Origin: Candidatus Thorarchaeota archaeon
GTDB taxonomy: Archaea > Asgardarchaeota > Thorarchaeia > Thorarchaeales > Thorarchaeaceae
Direction of reading: 5' to 3'
DNA: 64,000 bases
Assembly (NCBI GenBank): GCA_048884785.1
Contig: JBHLQM010000004.1
Coordinates: forward strand, 1 to 64,000
Shown: piece by piece, positions 29,897 through 38,469 of the stretch
Layout: each line of letters starts with the position of its first letter
Numbering within the stretch: the stretch's first letter is position 1
Made by a program: the position numbers and the translations under genes
Notes under the pieces: model-generated
Seen by the model: the letters and a program-made list of their open reading frames with translations, nothing else
Told to the model about the DNA's origin: nothing
The model's database searches: none

Positions 29897-30289
29897 TCAT
29901 GAAGTTGTCGTGGTAGTCGCCTCATACTTACTTGGGCACTGGGCAAGTAACTCAGACGCAATTATCAGGTGTGCTGATTGAAGAAGGCCAATTGCAACTA
30001 TGTCTTGGTCATCAGTCAGGTTGGGTAGTTCTCCCTCAACAAGCACAGTAATGGTATGTTGCTCGCCATAGATAATAAGCGTAATGTTCTCAAGGCCAAG
30101 CGAGAGTGACCCTGGTAAAAGCTTTCCCTTGACTTGAATAGTTCTACCCATATACGCATCAGGATTCTGTACAACAAGGTCAACACTCAGATAGGGATCA
30201 ACAAACATTGTGAGCATGCCATATGATACACCCACAATTGTCACTACAAGTATCGCAGCAATAGCTAATACTCTGGTCCTTTTCTTCAC
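29897..30289 (-). CDS. ccmE: Heme chaperone CcmE, CxxxY (System I*) type
   Basis: N-terminal TM, OB-fold-like core, AQCPSKY. Confidence 0.93.
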   Translation of the reverse strand: MKKRTRVLAIAAILVVTIVGVSYGMLTMFVDPYLSVDLVVQNPDAYMGRTIQVKGKLLPGSLSLGLENITLIIYGEQHTITVLVEGELPNLTDDQDIVAIGLLQSAHLIIASELLAQCPSKYEATTTTTS

Positions 30290-30294
30290 CTAGT

Positions 30295-30432
30295 TCACTC
30301 CTGATCCAAGTTCTGGGTGAATTTCTTCATTTTAGATTCTAGCCTCATCATCCTAACAAACAGGTAGAAGAGGAAAATCAATATTCCGCCCCAAAGGATT
30401 GAAGCCACTGCGAACAATTCTATTTGCTGCAT
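30295..30432 (-). CDS. ccmD: CcmD-like single-TM protein, 45 aa (not in ORF track)
   Basis: MQQIELFAVASILWGGILIFLFYLFVRMMRLESKMKKFTQNLDQE; sits exactly between ccmC and ccmE. Confidence 0.75.
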   Translation of the reverse strand: MQQIELFAVASILWGGILIFLFYLFVRMMRLESKMKKFTQNLDQE

Positions 30433-30433
30433 C

Positions 30434-31105
30434 TTACCAACTCCTTGTCAATCTATACTCGGTAAACTTCTCTGTTGCTGAATCAAGACGGTATGTCAAA
30501 TCAAGCAAAACTATGTAGATCAGCGTGATTGCTATTACTGCTACACCCAAAGTCATTCCATGTGCAGCACCCATCTGCAGGCCGCCCGGTGTGACAACAA
30601 TAGGATGCAGCGTATTCCAAATGTGTATAGAGATATAGCTAAGTACAACTGCAGGGAACGCCACGATTCCGAATATTGATCCATATTGAGCCCTGACATC
30701 TCTATCACTGACTGATGCCCTGTATACCAGTAGGCAGGCATATGCTATCCATAGGATAAGAGTAGTTGTTTCTCGCGGGTCCCAATTCCAGGGCGAGCCC
30801 CATGTGGCATCGGCCCATATCATTCCGCTAAGTAGAGTGATTGTTGTGAATAATAGACCCAGCTGAATTGATGCGCCTCCTAAAACATCGTATCTGAGTT
30901 CCTGTTTCCAAAGGTACATCAAACTACACACAAGAGTGACTCCGAATGCAAGATATGCCACCCATGCCGGAGCTACGTGCTGGAAAAAGATTCGGATCAG
31001 TTCGCCAAGATTGAGCTCAGGTGGTGCAAAGATCCATGTCATATAGATGTAGACCACTCCGACGACCGCAGTCACCAGGTATAATATGATTCGTGGTAAC
31101 CTCAC
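30434..31105 (-). CDS. ccmC: Heme exporter CcmC
   Basis: RIFFQHV, WADATWGSPWNWDPRET (WWD domain), WNTLHP. Confidence 0.95.
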   Translation of the reverse strand: MRLPRIILYLVTAVVGVVYIYMTWIFAPPELNLGELIRIFFQHVAPAWVAYLAFGVTLVCSLMYLWKQELRYDVLGGASIQLGLLFTTITLLSGMIWADATWGSPWNWDPRETTTLILWIAYACLLVYRASVSDRDVRAQYGSIFGIVAFPAVVLSYISIHIWNTLHPIVVTPGGLQMGAAHGMTLGVAVIAITLIYIVLLDLTYRLDSATEKFTEYRLTRSW

Positions 31106-31175
31106 AGAGTCACGTCCCGACGTAATACGGGCTCGATAAAGGGTTCAGATATGAAGCTTTCGTTCAAATACAATT

Positions 31176-31850
31176 TCACGTAGTTAGTGCGTAATGAAAC
31201 ACTGTTGCAGATAAAGTGACCATAACAAACATGTGCCCTGCAAGAAGTTCCAGTAGGAAACTGAGTTCAATAATTCCAGGTCCAACAGCAAGTCCACGCG
31301 TTAATTCTACGAGCAATATTAATGCTGACGTTGCAGTTGGAAAGTAGACAAGCGGAAATATTGTCGCTTTGGACTCGGATGGCATGGTCAATGCAGATGC
31401 CATGGAACCAACAGCCGCGAGATCCAAGGTTCCTATTATGAAAGTGGCATATAGCATGGGCTCTAAAAGATTCAGATTGAAACCCAGCAAAGCCATTGTG
31501 ATTGGTATAAGAAATATTTCTACAATCCCCATCAGGACAAATCCATAAATCACCTTTCCAAAATAAACAGCCCATGCAGGGATTGGAGCTATGCTCAAAC
31601 CCTTGAGCGTCCCTGTTTCAACCTCGGACAGAAAGACAGGTGCAAATCCAAACATACCTGTCAGGAATATGATGACCCATAGCATTGCACCTCCAATCTC
31701 AGGATCCACGTCACCACCCATACCAAAGGAAAATGCCAAGACTGCAATGAGGGCAAACAGAAACATAGCAAAGACTTCGAAAGGTCGCCTAATCTGAGTC
31801 AGGATGTCTTTCTTGGCAATTGCTAATGCTGCCGAGATGGAAGATGTCAT
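31176..31850 (-). CDS. ccmB: Heme exporter permease CcmB
   Basis: AKKD..R, EVETGTL.GL, YFGK, six TM; lies between ccmA and ccmC. Confidence 0.9.
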   Translation of the reverse strand: MTSSISAALAIAKKDILTQIRRPFEVFAMFLFALIAVLAFSFGMGGDVDPEIGGAMLWVIIFLTGMFGFAPVFLSEVETGTLKGLSIAPIPAWAVYFGKVIYGFVLMGIVEIFLIPITMALLGFNLNLLEPMLYATFIIGTLDLAAVGSMASALTMPSESKATIFPLVYFPTATSALILLVELTRGLAVGPGIIELSFLLELLAGHMFVMVTLSATVFHYALTT

Positions 31851-31861
31851 CTATAATTACC

Positions 31862-32551
31862 TCAGAGTGTGTAGTCGAACTTGTCTATGGCTCCGTGTGC
31901 ATAAACAGTTCCCTTCTTCAACGTCAGAAATGTATCACAAATTGCTGAACCGCGTTCCAAGTTGTGTGTAGTCAAGATTGTTGTTCTAGAGTTTCTTTGC
32001 TCCTCAAGAAACTTGGAGAAGATATCTGATGACTCGGTGTCTAAACCCGAGTACGGCTCATCTAGAAGATAGAGTTCAGGCTCATGGATGGTACTTCTAA
32101 TAATATCAAATCTTTTCCTTAGACCTGTTGAGAGATTCTTTGTTGGCTCATCAAGCCATGTTTTAACATCAAACCTTTTTGCCAGCTCCTCTGCCCTTGT
32201 ATCAACTTGGTCCTTCTCAAGGCCGTATAGCTTGCCAAAGAAATGTAGATTCTCCCGACTCGATAATTCCGGATAAAGGAGCGGTTTATCGCCAACAAGT
32301 CCAATGTGTCCCCTAACTGGAACAGGATCTTCATCAGGGTCCATTCCCAATACCAGAATACTGCCACCATGGGGTTTCAAAAGAGTGGAGATGATTCGCA
32401 TAAGAGTTGTCTTTCCTGCTCCATTGGCACCAAATAGGCCGTGGATACCTTTCCTTTCTATGGCGAATGATACTTTCTTCAAGGCAACCCGGTATCCATA
32501 TCTTCGTGTCAGGTCTTTTGCCTCAACTGCATAATTACTCATGGCGGTCAC
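31862..32551 (-). CDS. ccmA: Heme exporter ATPase CcmA
   Basis: GANGAGKTT, LSTG, LLDEPYSGLD, TTH; first gene of the ccm operon. Confidence 0.88.
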   Translation of the reverse strand: MTAMSNYAVEAKDLTRRYGYRVALKKVSFAIERKGIHGLFGANGAGKTTLMRIISTLLKPHGGSILVLGMDPDEDPVPVRGHIGLVGDKPLLYPELSSRENLHFFGKLYGLEKDQVDTRAEELAKRFDVKTWLDEPTKNLSTGLRKRFDIIRSTIHEPELYLLDEPYSGLDTESSDIFSKFLEEQRNSRTTILTTHNLERGSAICDTFLTLKKGTVYAHGAIDKFDYTL

Positions 32552-32683
32552 CTTGTTGACGAACTTCTAGAACTCACTGATTCTCTTTTGAGTGTGACGG
32601 GTGGTCCCATTTAGCGGGTAAACTTTGCTGGAAGATTTGCATACGAATACATTTACCCGATACGGAATGAGGCTGGTGAGTAC

Positions 32684-32809
32684 ATGGCTACAGTTTCAGA
32701 GATCCACGATGGTGCGGAGAGGGTGGAGTTTCTGAAAAGTCAAGGTGAATGGAAAAGCCCTGAGATGCATGGGACCGGAGCCAGTTCGCCTAGAACGCCA
32801 TTTCCTTGA
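32684..32809 (+). CDS. Possible 41-aa small ORF (overlaps a structured element)
   Basis: GGTGAG SD-like site, then MATVSEIHDGAERVEFLKSQGEWKSPEMHGTGASSPRTPFP*. Confidence 0.25.
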   Translation: MATVSEIHDGAERVEFLKSQGEWKSPEMHGTGASSPRTPFP

Positions 32810-32999
32810 TTATTATTGTCAAGTTCTTTGTTTCAATCAAAAGCTGATAAACTCAATTTACTCAAGCCTGCGTTTGGACATTAACACATTGGTTAATCTT
32901 CTATTATTCCAAACCAATTTCAATAATTTGGTAATATAATTAGAATCTCAGGCCAATACTTATTATGATATTGTGCTGTAGTTCAAGAAATGATGGAGG

Positions 33000-33920
33000 G
33001 TGTCGATGACAATCGCACTGACTTTCACAACTACTGCTGGGGACAATGATCAGGATTTACCACTTGATCAAAGAGAAGTGGAACGAATAAAGGTCACTTT
33101 CTCAGAAAATGTTGAAAAAATCAACCTAAGTAGAAAGGATATAGTACACATCGACCTGAGTCCACTAAGTTCGTGTGCTAACCTTAAAAATCTCAGTTTA
33201 GATGGAAATCTGCTTCGAGAAATTGATCTGACACCACTCAGCTCATGTACTGCTTTCGAGATTCTAAATTTGGAACACAATCTGTTTCAGACTATTGATC
33301 TCACTCCTCTCAGTTCTTGCGTTTGCATTAAGGAGCTTTTTCTTGATCGAAACAAACTCAAGAGAATCGATCTCACACCTCTAATTTCATTTAGTAATCT
33401 TCAAAAGCTTACGTTGGGTGAGAACCAGCTTCAGAACATTGATCTCTCGCCTCTACGTTCATGCACTAAACTTAATTGGATATATTTAGCAAAAAACCAG
33501 TTTGAGATTATTGATATATCTTCTCTGAGTTCATGTACTGAGTTACAGTATCTCAATCTGGGAAGTAACCAATTAGAGAGCATTGACCTTACTCCACTCA
33601 GTAATTGCACCTCTCTTCAAGATCTCGAATTAGGATACAATCAGCTTCAAAAGATAGATCTCACTCCTCTCAGTTCTTGTACAAGTCTTCAAGAGCTCTG
33701 GTTGGAAGAAAATCAACTTCAGGAGATAGATCTCACTCCTCTCAGTTCCTGTGTAGACCTTGTCTTTCTCAATTTGAAAGGGAATTCTCTTGAAAGCATT
33801 GATCTCACTCCATTAGGATTTTGCGCAAATCTTCAAGAAGTCAACTTATCTAAGAATAGACTCAAAACCGTAGATTGCTCTCCTCTTCACTCTGATGAAA
33901 TTGTAATACTTATCGACTGA
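33000..33920 (+). CDS. Leucine-rich repeat protein, about 11 x 24-aa repeats
   Basis: LxxLxLxxNxLxxIDLTPLSSCxx; recurring DNA unit gatctcactcctctcagttc at 72-bp period. Confidence 0.95.
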   Translation: MSMTIALTFTTTAGDNDQDLPLDQREVERIKVTFSENVEKINLSRKDIVHIDLSPLSSCANLKNLSLDGNLLREIDLTPLSSCTAFEILNLEHNLFQTIDLTPLSSCVCIKELFLDRNKLKRIDLTPLISFSNLQKLTLGENQLQNIDLSPLRSCTKLNWIYLAKNQFEIIDISSLSSCTELQYLNLGSNQLESIDLTPLSNCTSLQDLELGYNQLQKIDLTPLSSCTSLQELWLEENQLQEIDLTPLSSCVDLVFLNLKGNSLESIDLTPLGFCANLQEVNLSKNRLKTVDCSPLHSDEIVILID

Positions 33921-34298
33921 TTTGTGTTTTCTTTGAAGCTCATTCAAGGTTTTGGGTGGAGATGGGATTATTTCTCAAGTACTGAAAGGATTTGCGTGCA
34001 CGTATAGAAACATGCAAGACAACTTGATACACATCTTTTGTTAGTTAGTTCTGCAAATCACGAAACAACTTTCGATTAATCGGTCGATGGTCACTTCAAA
34101 AGAGAGGGGAATAAGTCAATTGAAGTTCAATGTTAAGCGAGCGTCATCTGTGCGCAGTACATTGACTATTGTTTTGCTATTCATGATGATTATCACGACA
34201 CAGAGTGTTCTGGCTTTTAATATGAATAATAATGTCCGGACATCTCTGCTGTTTTTACTTATTTTAGCAGAAGGTACTGGAGTTGAGATGTGTGTTCA

Positions 34299-36035
34299 CT
34301 AATGGAATATTTTTCTTCCCAGTCTAAGGAATGGTCCGCCGATTGTCAGCACGAAGGTTATGGGTATCCAGTTTATGATTTCTATCGCTGCAACCCCAAT
34401 AATCAATCCAATGCCAAAGGCCAGTATTGCACTAGTTAGGTCAGTCACAATTATCCAGGGGACATATGCTGAAATGACGTCACCAACAAGGATTCCTGCA
34501 ATCCAAAGCACCAGAGGAACTGCAATTGCTGCAATGACAAGGATCAGGATATTGAAACGGAACGAGAGCTGGATAGGTCCAGGAAAGACTTTCGATGGAT
34601 TCATCATTCTTTTTGGGTCCGTTTTGCCCTTGACACGTGCCATACCAGCATATTCATGCTTTCCATAATATGACCTGGAATGGGCTACATTCCACATTCC
34701 AATAGAATATGCTCTTCCGCCATCACGCAAGCCCAAATTGATGAAGTCCAGAGATCTATACCACCCCATTAGGAATGATATCTTCTTTCTCTCATCATCT
34801 AGAAACCATGCAAGAACCGCCACTTCTCCTTCATCTGTCACAGCACCCTCGAAAGCATATTTTTCACCCTTGAAATGCTTGTCAGCACGTTCAATGAATG
34901 AAACCATATTCTTCAAAGGCACATAGACTTCAGATGGAGCCAAGCTCGGTCCGAGACGCTTGATTCTCATTGGATAGAATCTCTCAGCCCATTCATGTTC
35001 CCCAATGTGTTCCGGTTCAACAAATCCGAAGTTATCCTTAACCACTTGTTTGAATACAGTTTCTTCGAAAGCAGTGTCGCTCTCAGACCCCTCAAATGCA
35101 CAAAGAATCACCCATTTGGAGCTGGTTTCAGGGGCCAATCCGACATCATGCAACATATCATAGAACCCGTCTGTTATGAAATGCAGATAGAAGGGATTCG
35201 TCTTGTTCATGAGATCTTGCATCGCCCATATCATCTGTTCTTTTGTCTTGAAGGAAGCCACAAGAGGACGGATTGTCTGGAGTCTCATGATTTTTAGTAC
35301 GACCTTGGTTATGACGCCTAGTGTACCATTGCTATCTACAAAGAGAGAAGTTGCATCCATCTCATGTTCGTCCACCTCTCCAACTGCCCATTGATACTCA
35401 TCTTCAGCGGGGAAGAATCTGTAATCTTCTCCGGAATAGGTTTCGATGAAAGACTGTGGCGGATTCGCTGTGCGAATGATCTCCCCATCTGGGAGCACTA
35501 CTTCTAGGTCAACAACCTGGTCTCTCACGCCGCCGTACTTAGTGCTGCCAATTCCAGTGCCTCCAGCTGCAACCCATCCTCCAACAGTGCTCGATGGAGC
35601 GCTTGAGGGATATGCCCGAACCGTCAAGCCTTCATCCTCCAGCTCCTCCAGCAATTTGCCCCAGATAATTCCAGCACCTACCTCAACAGTCATGTTGCCT
35701 AGATTGATGTTATGGATTTGATTCATCCTTGTCATTTCAATTGCCAGTCCACCCTTAGTAGGCAAGGCGCCTCCGTATCCGCTAGTGCCATGTCCTCGGG
35801 GGATGATTGGTATCTTTTCTTTCAAGCAATACTTCAGAAGATTCGATACAACCTCTGAGCTCATGGGTTGTGCTACTGCGTCAACCTCTGTTTTTAGTAG
35901 GTCATTGACCAATCCAGGAAGTGCCCCTACATCATGTGAGTAGAGCTTTCTCATATATTCCTCCGAAGAGAAGAAATCCTCACCAACTATGTCTGCAAGT
36001 TGCCTAATCTGTATCTCCCTTAGCATCTTAACCAC
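34299..36035 (-). CDS. FAD-binding (PCMH/GlcD-like) oxidoreductase with C-terminal TM helices, paralog 3
   Basis: PRGHGTSGYGG, YPSSAPSSTVGGW, GTLGVITK, DPKRMMNP; hydrophobic tail. Confidence 0.88.
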   Translation of the reverse strand: MVKMLREIQIRQLADIVGEDFFSSEEYMRKLYSHDVGALPGLVNDLLKTEVDAVAQPMSSEVVSNLLKYCLKEKIPIIPRGHGTSGYGGALPTKGGLAIEMTRMNQIHNINLGNMTVEVGAGIIWGKLLEELEDEGLTVRAYPSSAPSSTVGGWVAAGGTGIGSTKYGGVRDQVVDLEVVLPDGEIIRTANPPQSFIETYSGEDYRFFPAEDEYQWAVGEVDEHEMDATSLFVDSNGTLGVITKVVLKIMRLQTIRPLVASFKTKEQMIWAMQDLMNKTNPFYLHFITDGFYDMLHDVGLAPETSSKWVILCAFEGSESDTAFEETVFKQVVKDNFGFVEPEHIGEHEWAERFYPMRIKRLGPSLAPSEVYVPLKNMVSFIERADKHFKGEKYAFEGAVTDEGEVAVLAWFLDDERKKISFLMGWYRSLDFINLGLRDGGRAYSIGMWNVAHSRSYYGKHEYAGMARVKGKTDPKRMMNPSKVFPGPIQLSFRFNILILVIAAIAVPLVLWIAGILVGDVISAYVPWIIVTDLTSAILAFGIGLIIGVAAIEIINWIPITFVLTIGGPFLRLGRKIFH

Positions 36036-36038
36036 CTG

Positions 36039-37220
36039 TTAAAGTCCCAGTGCTTCCACGACAATCTGAGATAGGTCCTTGAATTCAATCTTGGAACTCA
36101 TGCTCTCGATACCATCCATGAATGACATGGTACACGATGGGCACTCGCTGGCCAAGACATCTGCTTCAACTCTCTCAGCAGCTTTAATTCTGCGTTCTGA
36201 TATACGGACTGACATGAGTGGGTTTGTTCCCTTTAGCAGTCCACCTCCACCGCAACAGTCTGCTTTATTCCTTGTGTGTTTCATCTCAATGAGTTTTAAT
36301 CCAGGAATTGCGTTGAGAACTTCTCGAGAGTCGTTGTAGATATTTTGATGACGGCCGAGTTCACATGGATCATGCCAAGCTACTGAGTGATTGAATTCTT
36401 TTTCAAACTTCAATTTTCCTTCTCTGAGCATCCGTGCTGCGAACTGGGAGAATGAAAGAAACTCTATTCCCTGTGTTGATTCTTTCCCGAGCATGTGTGG
36501 ATATTCCTCACTGAATGCTCGATGACAGCCAGGACAGTTGAACACCACTGTTTTTACCCCTAGTCTGCGAAGCTCACTTAGGTGGTGTTCTGCAAGCTCT
36601 CTGGCTTTATCCCACTCACCTCCTACGAAGTAGGGATTTCCACAGCAATACTCTTCTTGCCCAAGAATCGTGAATTCGATACCGAGGTGATCAAAGAGCT
36701 TCATTGTATTTTCACCGAGCGATGCTAGAGTGCCTTTGAAGGATATATTACATCCTGCGAAATATGCGACCTCGGCCGAAACGCCAATTCTACCTTCAGT
36801 TAGGTCGTCAACCATATCTGTCCAAAGGGTTCTATCCTCTTGATCGAGGTCCATTATGTTCCTGCTGTTCTGGATAGAAGTATCCAGGAATTTAACAATC
36901 TCTGGCCATTCGCCGAGCTGATTGATTTCATGTCGAATCTGTTGCCAGAATCTAAGCAGAGGAATATTTGTCTGACATATCTCCTGACAGGCACCACACA
37001 AAGTGCATTTGAAAATCCTATCTGCGAAATCTGGTGGAATGGACTTATTCTTCAGCAAGAGCTCCCGAAGCTGATATAGTTTGCCTCTCGGAGATTGTGA
37101 ATCCCATAATGTGTCGTTGTAAGCTGGGCATACAAAGGTGCAGAACCCGCACCTTGCACAGACAAGAGGCTCGACATCAAGAGCCTCTTTCCTCAGCTTT
37201 TCAAAGGTCTTAGTTCCCAT
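36039..37220 (-). CDS. HdrD/GlcF-like Fe-S protein (2x[4Fe-4S] + 2 CCG domains), paralog 3
   Basis: CARCGFCTFVCP, CTLCGACQEIC, CCG..CPGC, HDPC..CCGGGG..CPSC. Confidence 0.92.
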   Translation of the reverse strand: MGTKTFEKLRKEALDVEPLVCARCGFCTFVCPAYNDTLWDSQSPRGKLYQLRELLLKNKSIPPDFADRIFKCTLCGACQEICQTNIPLLRFWQQIRHEINQLGEWPEIVKFLDTSIQNSRNIMDLDQEDRTLWTDMVDDLTEGRIGVSAEVAYFAGCNISFKGTLASLGENTMKLFDHLGIEFTILGQEEYCCGNPYFVGGEWDKARELAEHHLSELRRLGVKTVVFNCPGCHRAFSEEYPHMLGKESTQGIEFLSFSQFAARMLREGKLKFEKEFNHSVAWHDPCELGRHQNIYNDSREVLNAIPGLKLIEMKHTRNKADCCGGGGLLKGTNPLMSVRISERRIKAAERVEADVLASECPSCTMSFMDGIESMSSKIEFKDLSQIVVEALGL

Positions 37221-37233
37221 TGGTAATCTCCTC

Positions 37234-37731
37234 TTATGGCCACGGTAATCCGAGCCAATCTAGTATCGGCTCGAGAATGGATGTATTATAGACTGCAATG
37301 CCGCCCATGGCACCCATGATCATCATCAGGGCACCGCCTACGATTACTAGTATTCCATAGATTAAGAAACCTGAAGTTGTATCCCAGACTCTATCACCAA
37401 GCTTAGCTCTGATGAAAATTAGGAAAACATAGATTTGCATTGTAACTGCAGACCAAAGTATCTTAAATCTCATGTATGGATTATCAAGCAGTGCTTCCAT
37501 TGGCCAGTCCATGAATCCTGTCACTGCTCCAGCTATCAATCCGAGAAATCCGATTATACTTCCCCAGTAGATGAAGATATCAAATTCATGGAAGATCTTC
37601 GCCATTCGAGTTCCAGGTGTCCTGATTCCTTCTCTGAATACAAGCCTCATAATGAGGCTGCATATTGCCAGAACTGCTGCCGCTGTTAGTATTCCAGTGT
37701 GGAAGTGTACAAATACGGGATGTAATGCCAT
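37234..37731 (-). CDS. DUF2231-like four-TM membrane protein
   Basis: N-terminal LHPVFVHF motif, 4 TM. Confidence 0.7.
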   Translation of the reverse strand: MALHPVFVHFHTGILTAAAVLAICSLIMRLVFREGIRTPGTRMAKIFHEFDIFIYWGSIIGFLGLIAGAVTGFMDWPMEALLDNPYMRFKILWSAVTMQIYVFLIFIRAKLGDRVWDTTSGFLIYGILVIVGGALMMIMGAMGGIAVYNTSILEPILDWLGLPWP

Positions 37732-37741
37732 TTGATATCAC

Positions 37742-38344
37742 CTACTTTGTCCTCTTAACCATAATGACTGCAAAAGCAATCATAATGACTGCAACAATCG
37801 GATTGATGATGTACATCAACATAGTCCATGTTTCTACTGGATCAACCGTTGTTGGTGTTGTGGGTGTCGTTGGTGTAGTAAAGGTTGTAGCTGTGTTTTC
37901 TGCAACATCAACGTTCACGAGCAGATTTGCAGACAAACTACTTGCGGCGGCAATCCAGATTTCAATTGTATATGTACCCGCCGCTATTGGTGTTACGATT
38001 AGATCGAATGCAATCTCCCCTTCAGCAACATCTGTGTCGTCTGCTGAATCATCTTGCACCTCGAGTACTGAGAAAAGGAACTGATCATTATTAGACCACG
38101 AGCTGACAATCTTTAGATAATCAACTCCATTTGATCCATCGATTGTGAGCGTGAACGGAACACCTACCATTGCATCAACAGTTCCTGTTGCATTAGAAGC
38201 AAGTGTCAATACACTAGTGTTCGTATGGCAATCTGCACATTGAGCATTTTGTGCTGGATATGCCAATGCCATAGAAGCACTGGCTACAAATAGTGCCAGA
38301 AAACCTGTTACGAGAAGTACTCGTTTGGCAAGCTTTAGTTTCAT
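37742..38344 (-). CDS. Exported monoheme cytochrome c with beta-sandwich domain, Thr/Pro linker and C-terminal TM (start re-called to ATG 38344)
   Basis: Signal MKLKLAKR..SMALA/YP, CADCH (38225-38239), TTPTTPTTPTT, TM plus KRTK. Confidence 0.82.
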   Translation of the reverse strand: MKLKLAKRVLLVTGFLALFVASASMALAYPAQNAQCADCHTNTSVLTLASNATGTVDAMVGVPFTLTIDGSNGVDYLKIVSSWSNNDQFLFSVLEVQDDSADDTDVAEGEIAFDLIVTPIAAGTYTIEIWIAAASSLSANLLVNVDVAENTATTFTTPTTPTTPTTVDPVETWTMLMYIINPIVAVIMIAFAVIMVKRTK

Positions 38345-38469
38345 TTTTGGAGCTCCTGATAACTTTGGGATTCGACATAAGCTCAATAATTGAGTGATAT
38401 ATCGATGTCTGCGTTTCGTTTCGAAATCAAATTTGGGTATTTTAGGGTATCGGAATAAAACCACCGAAG

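Noticed and set aside
33000-33920. Periodic DNA repeat resembling a CRISPR array or DGR
   Set aside because: The 72-bp period is in frame and encodes LRRs; no cas or reverse transcriptase gene in the window
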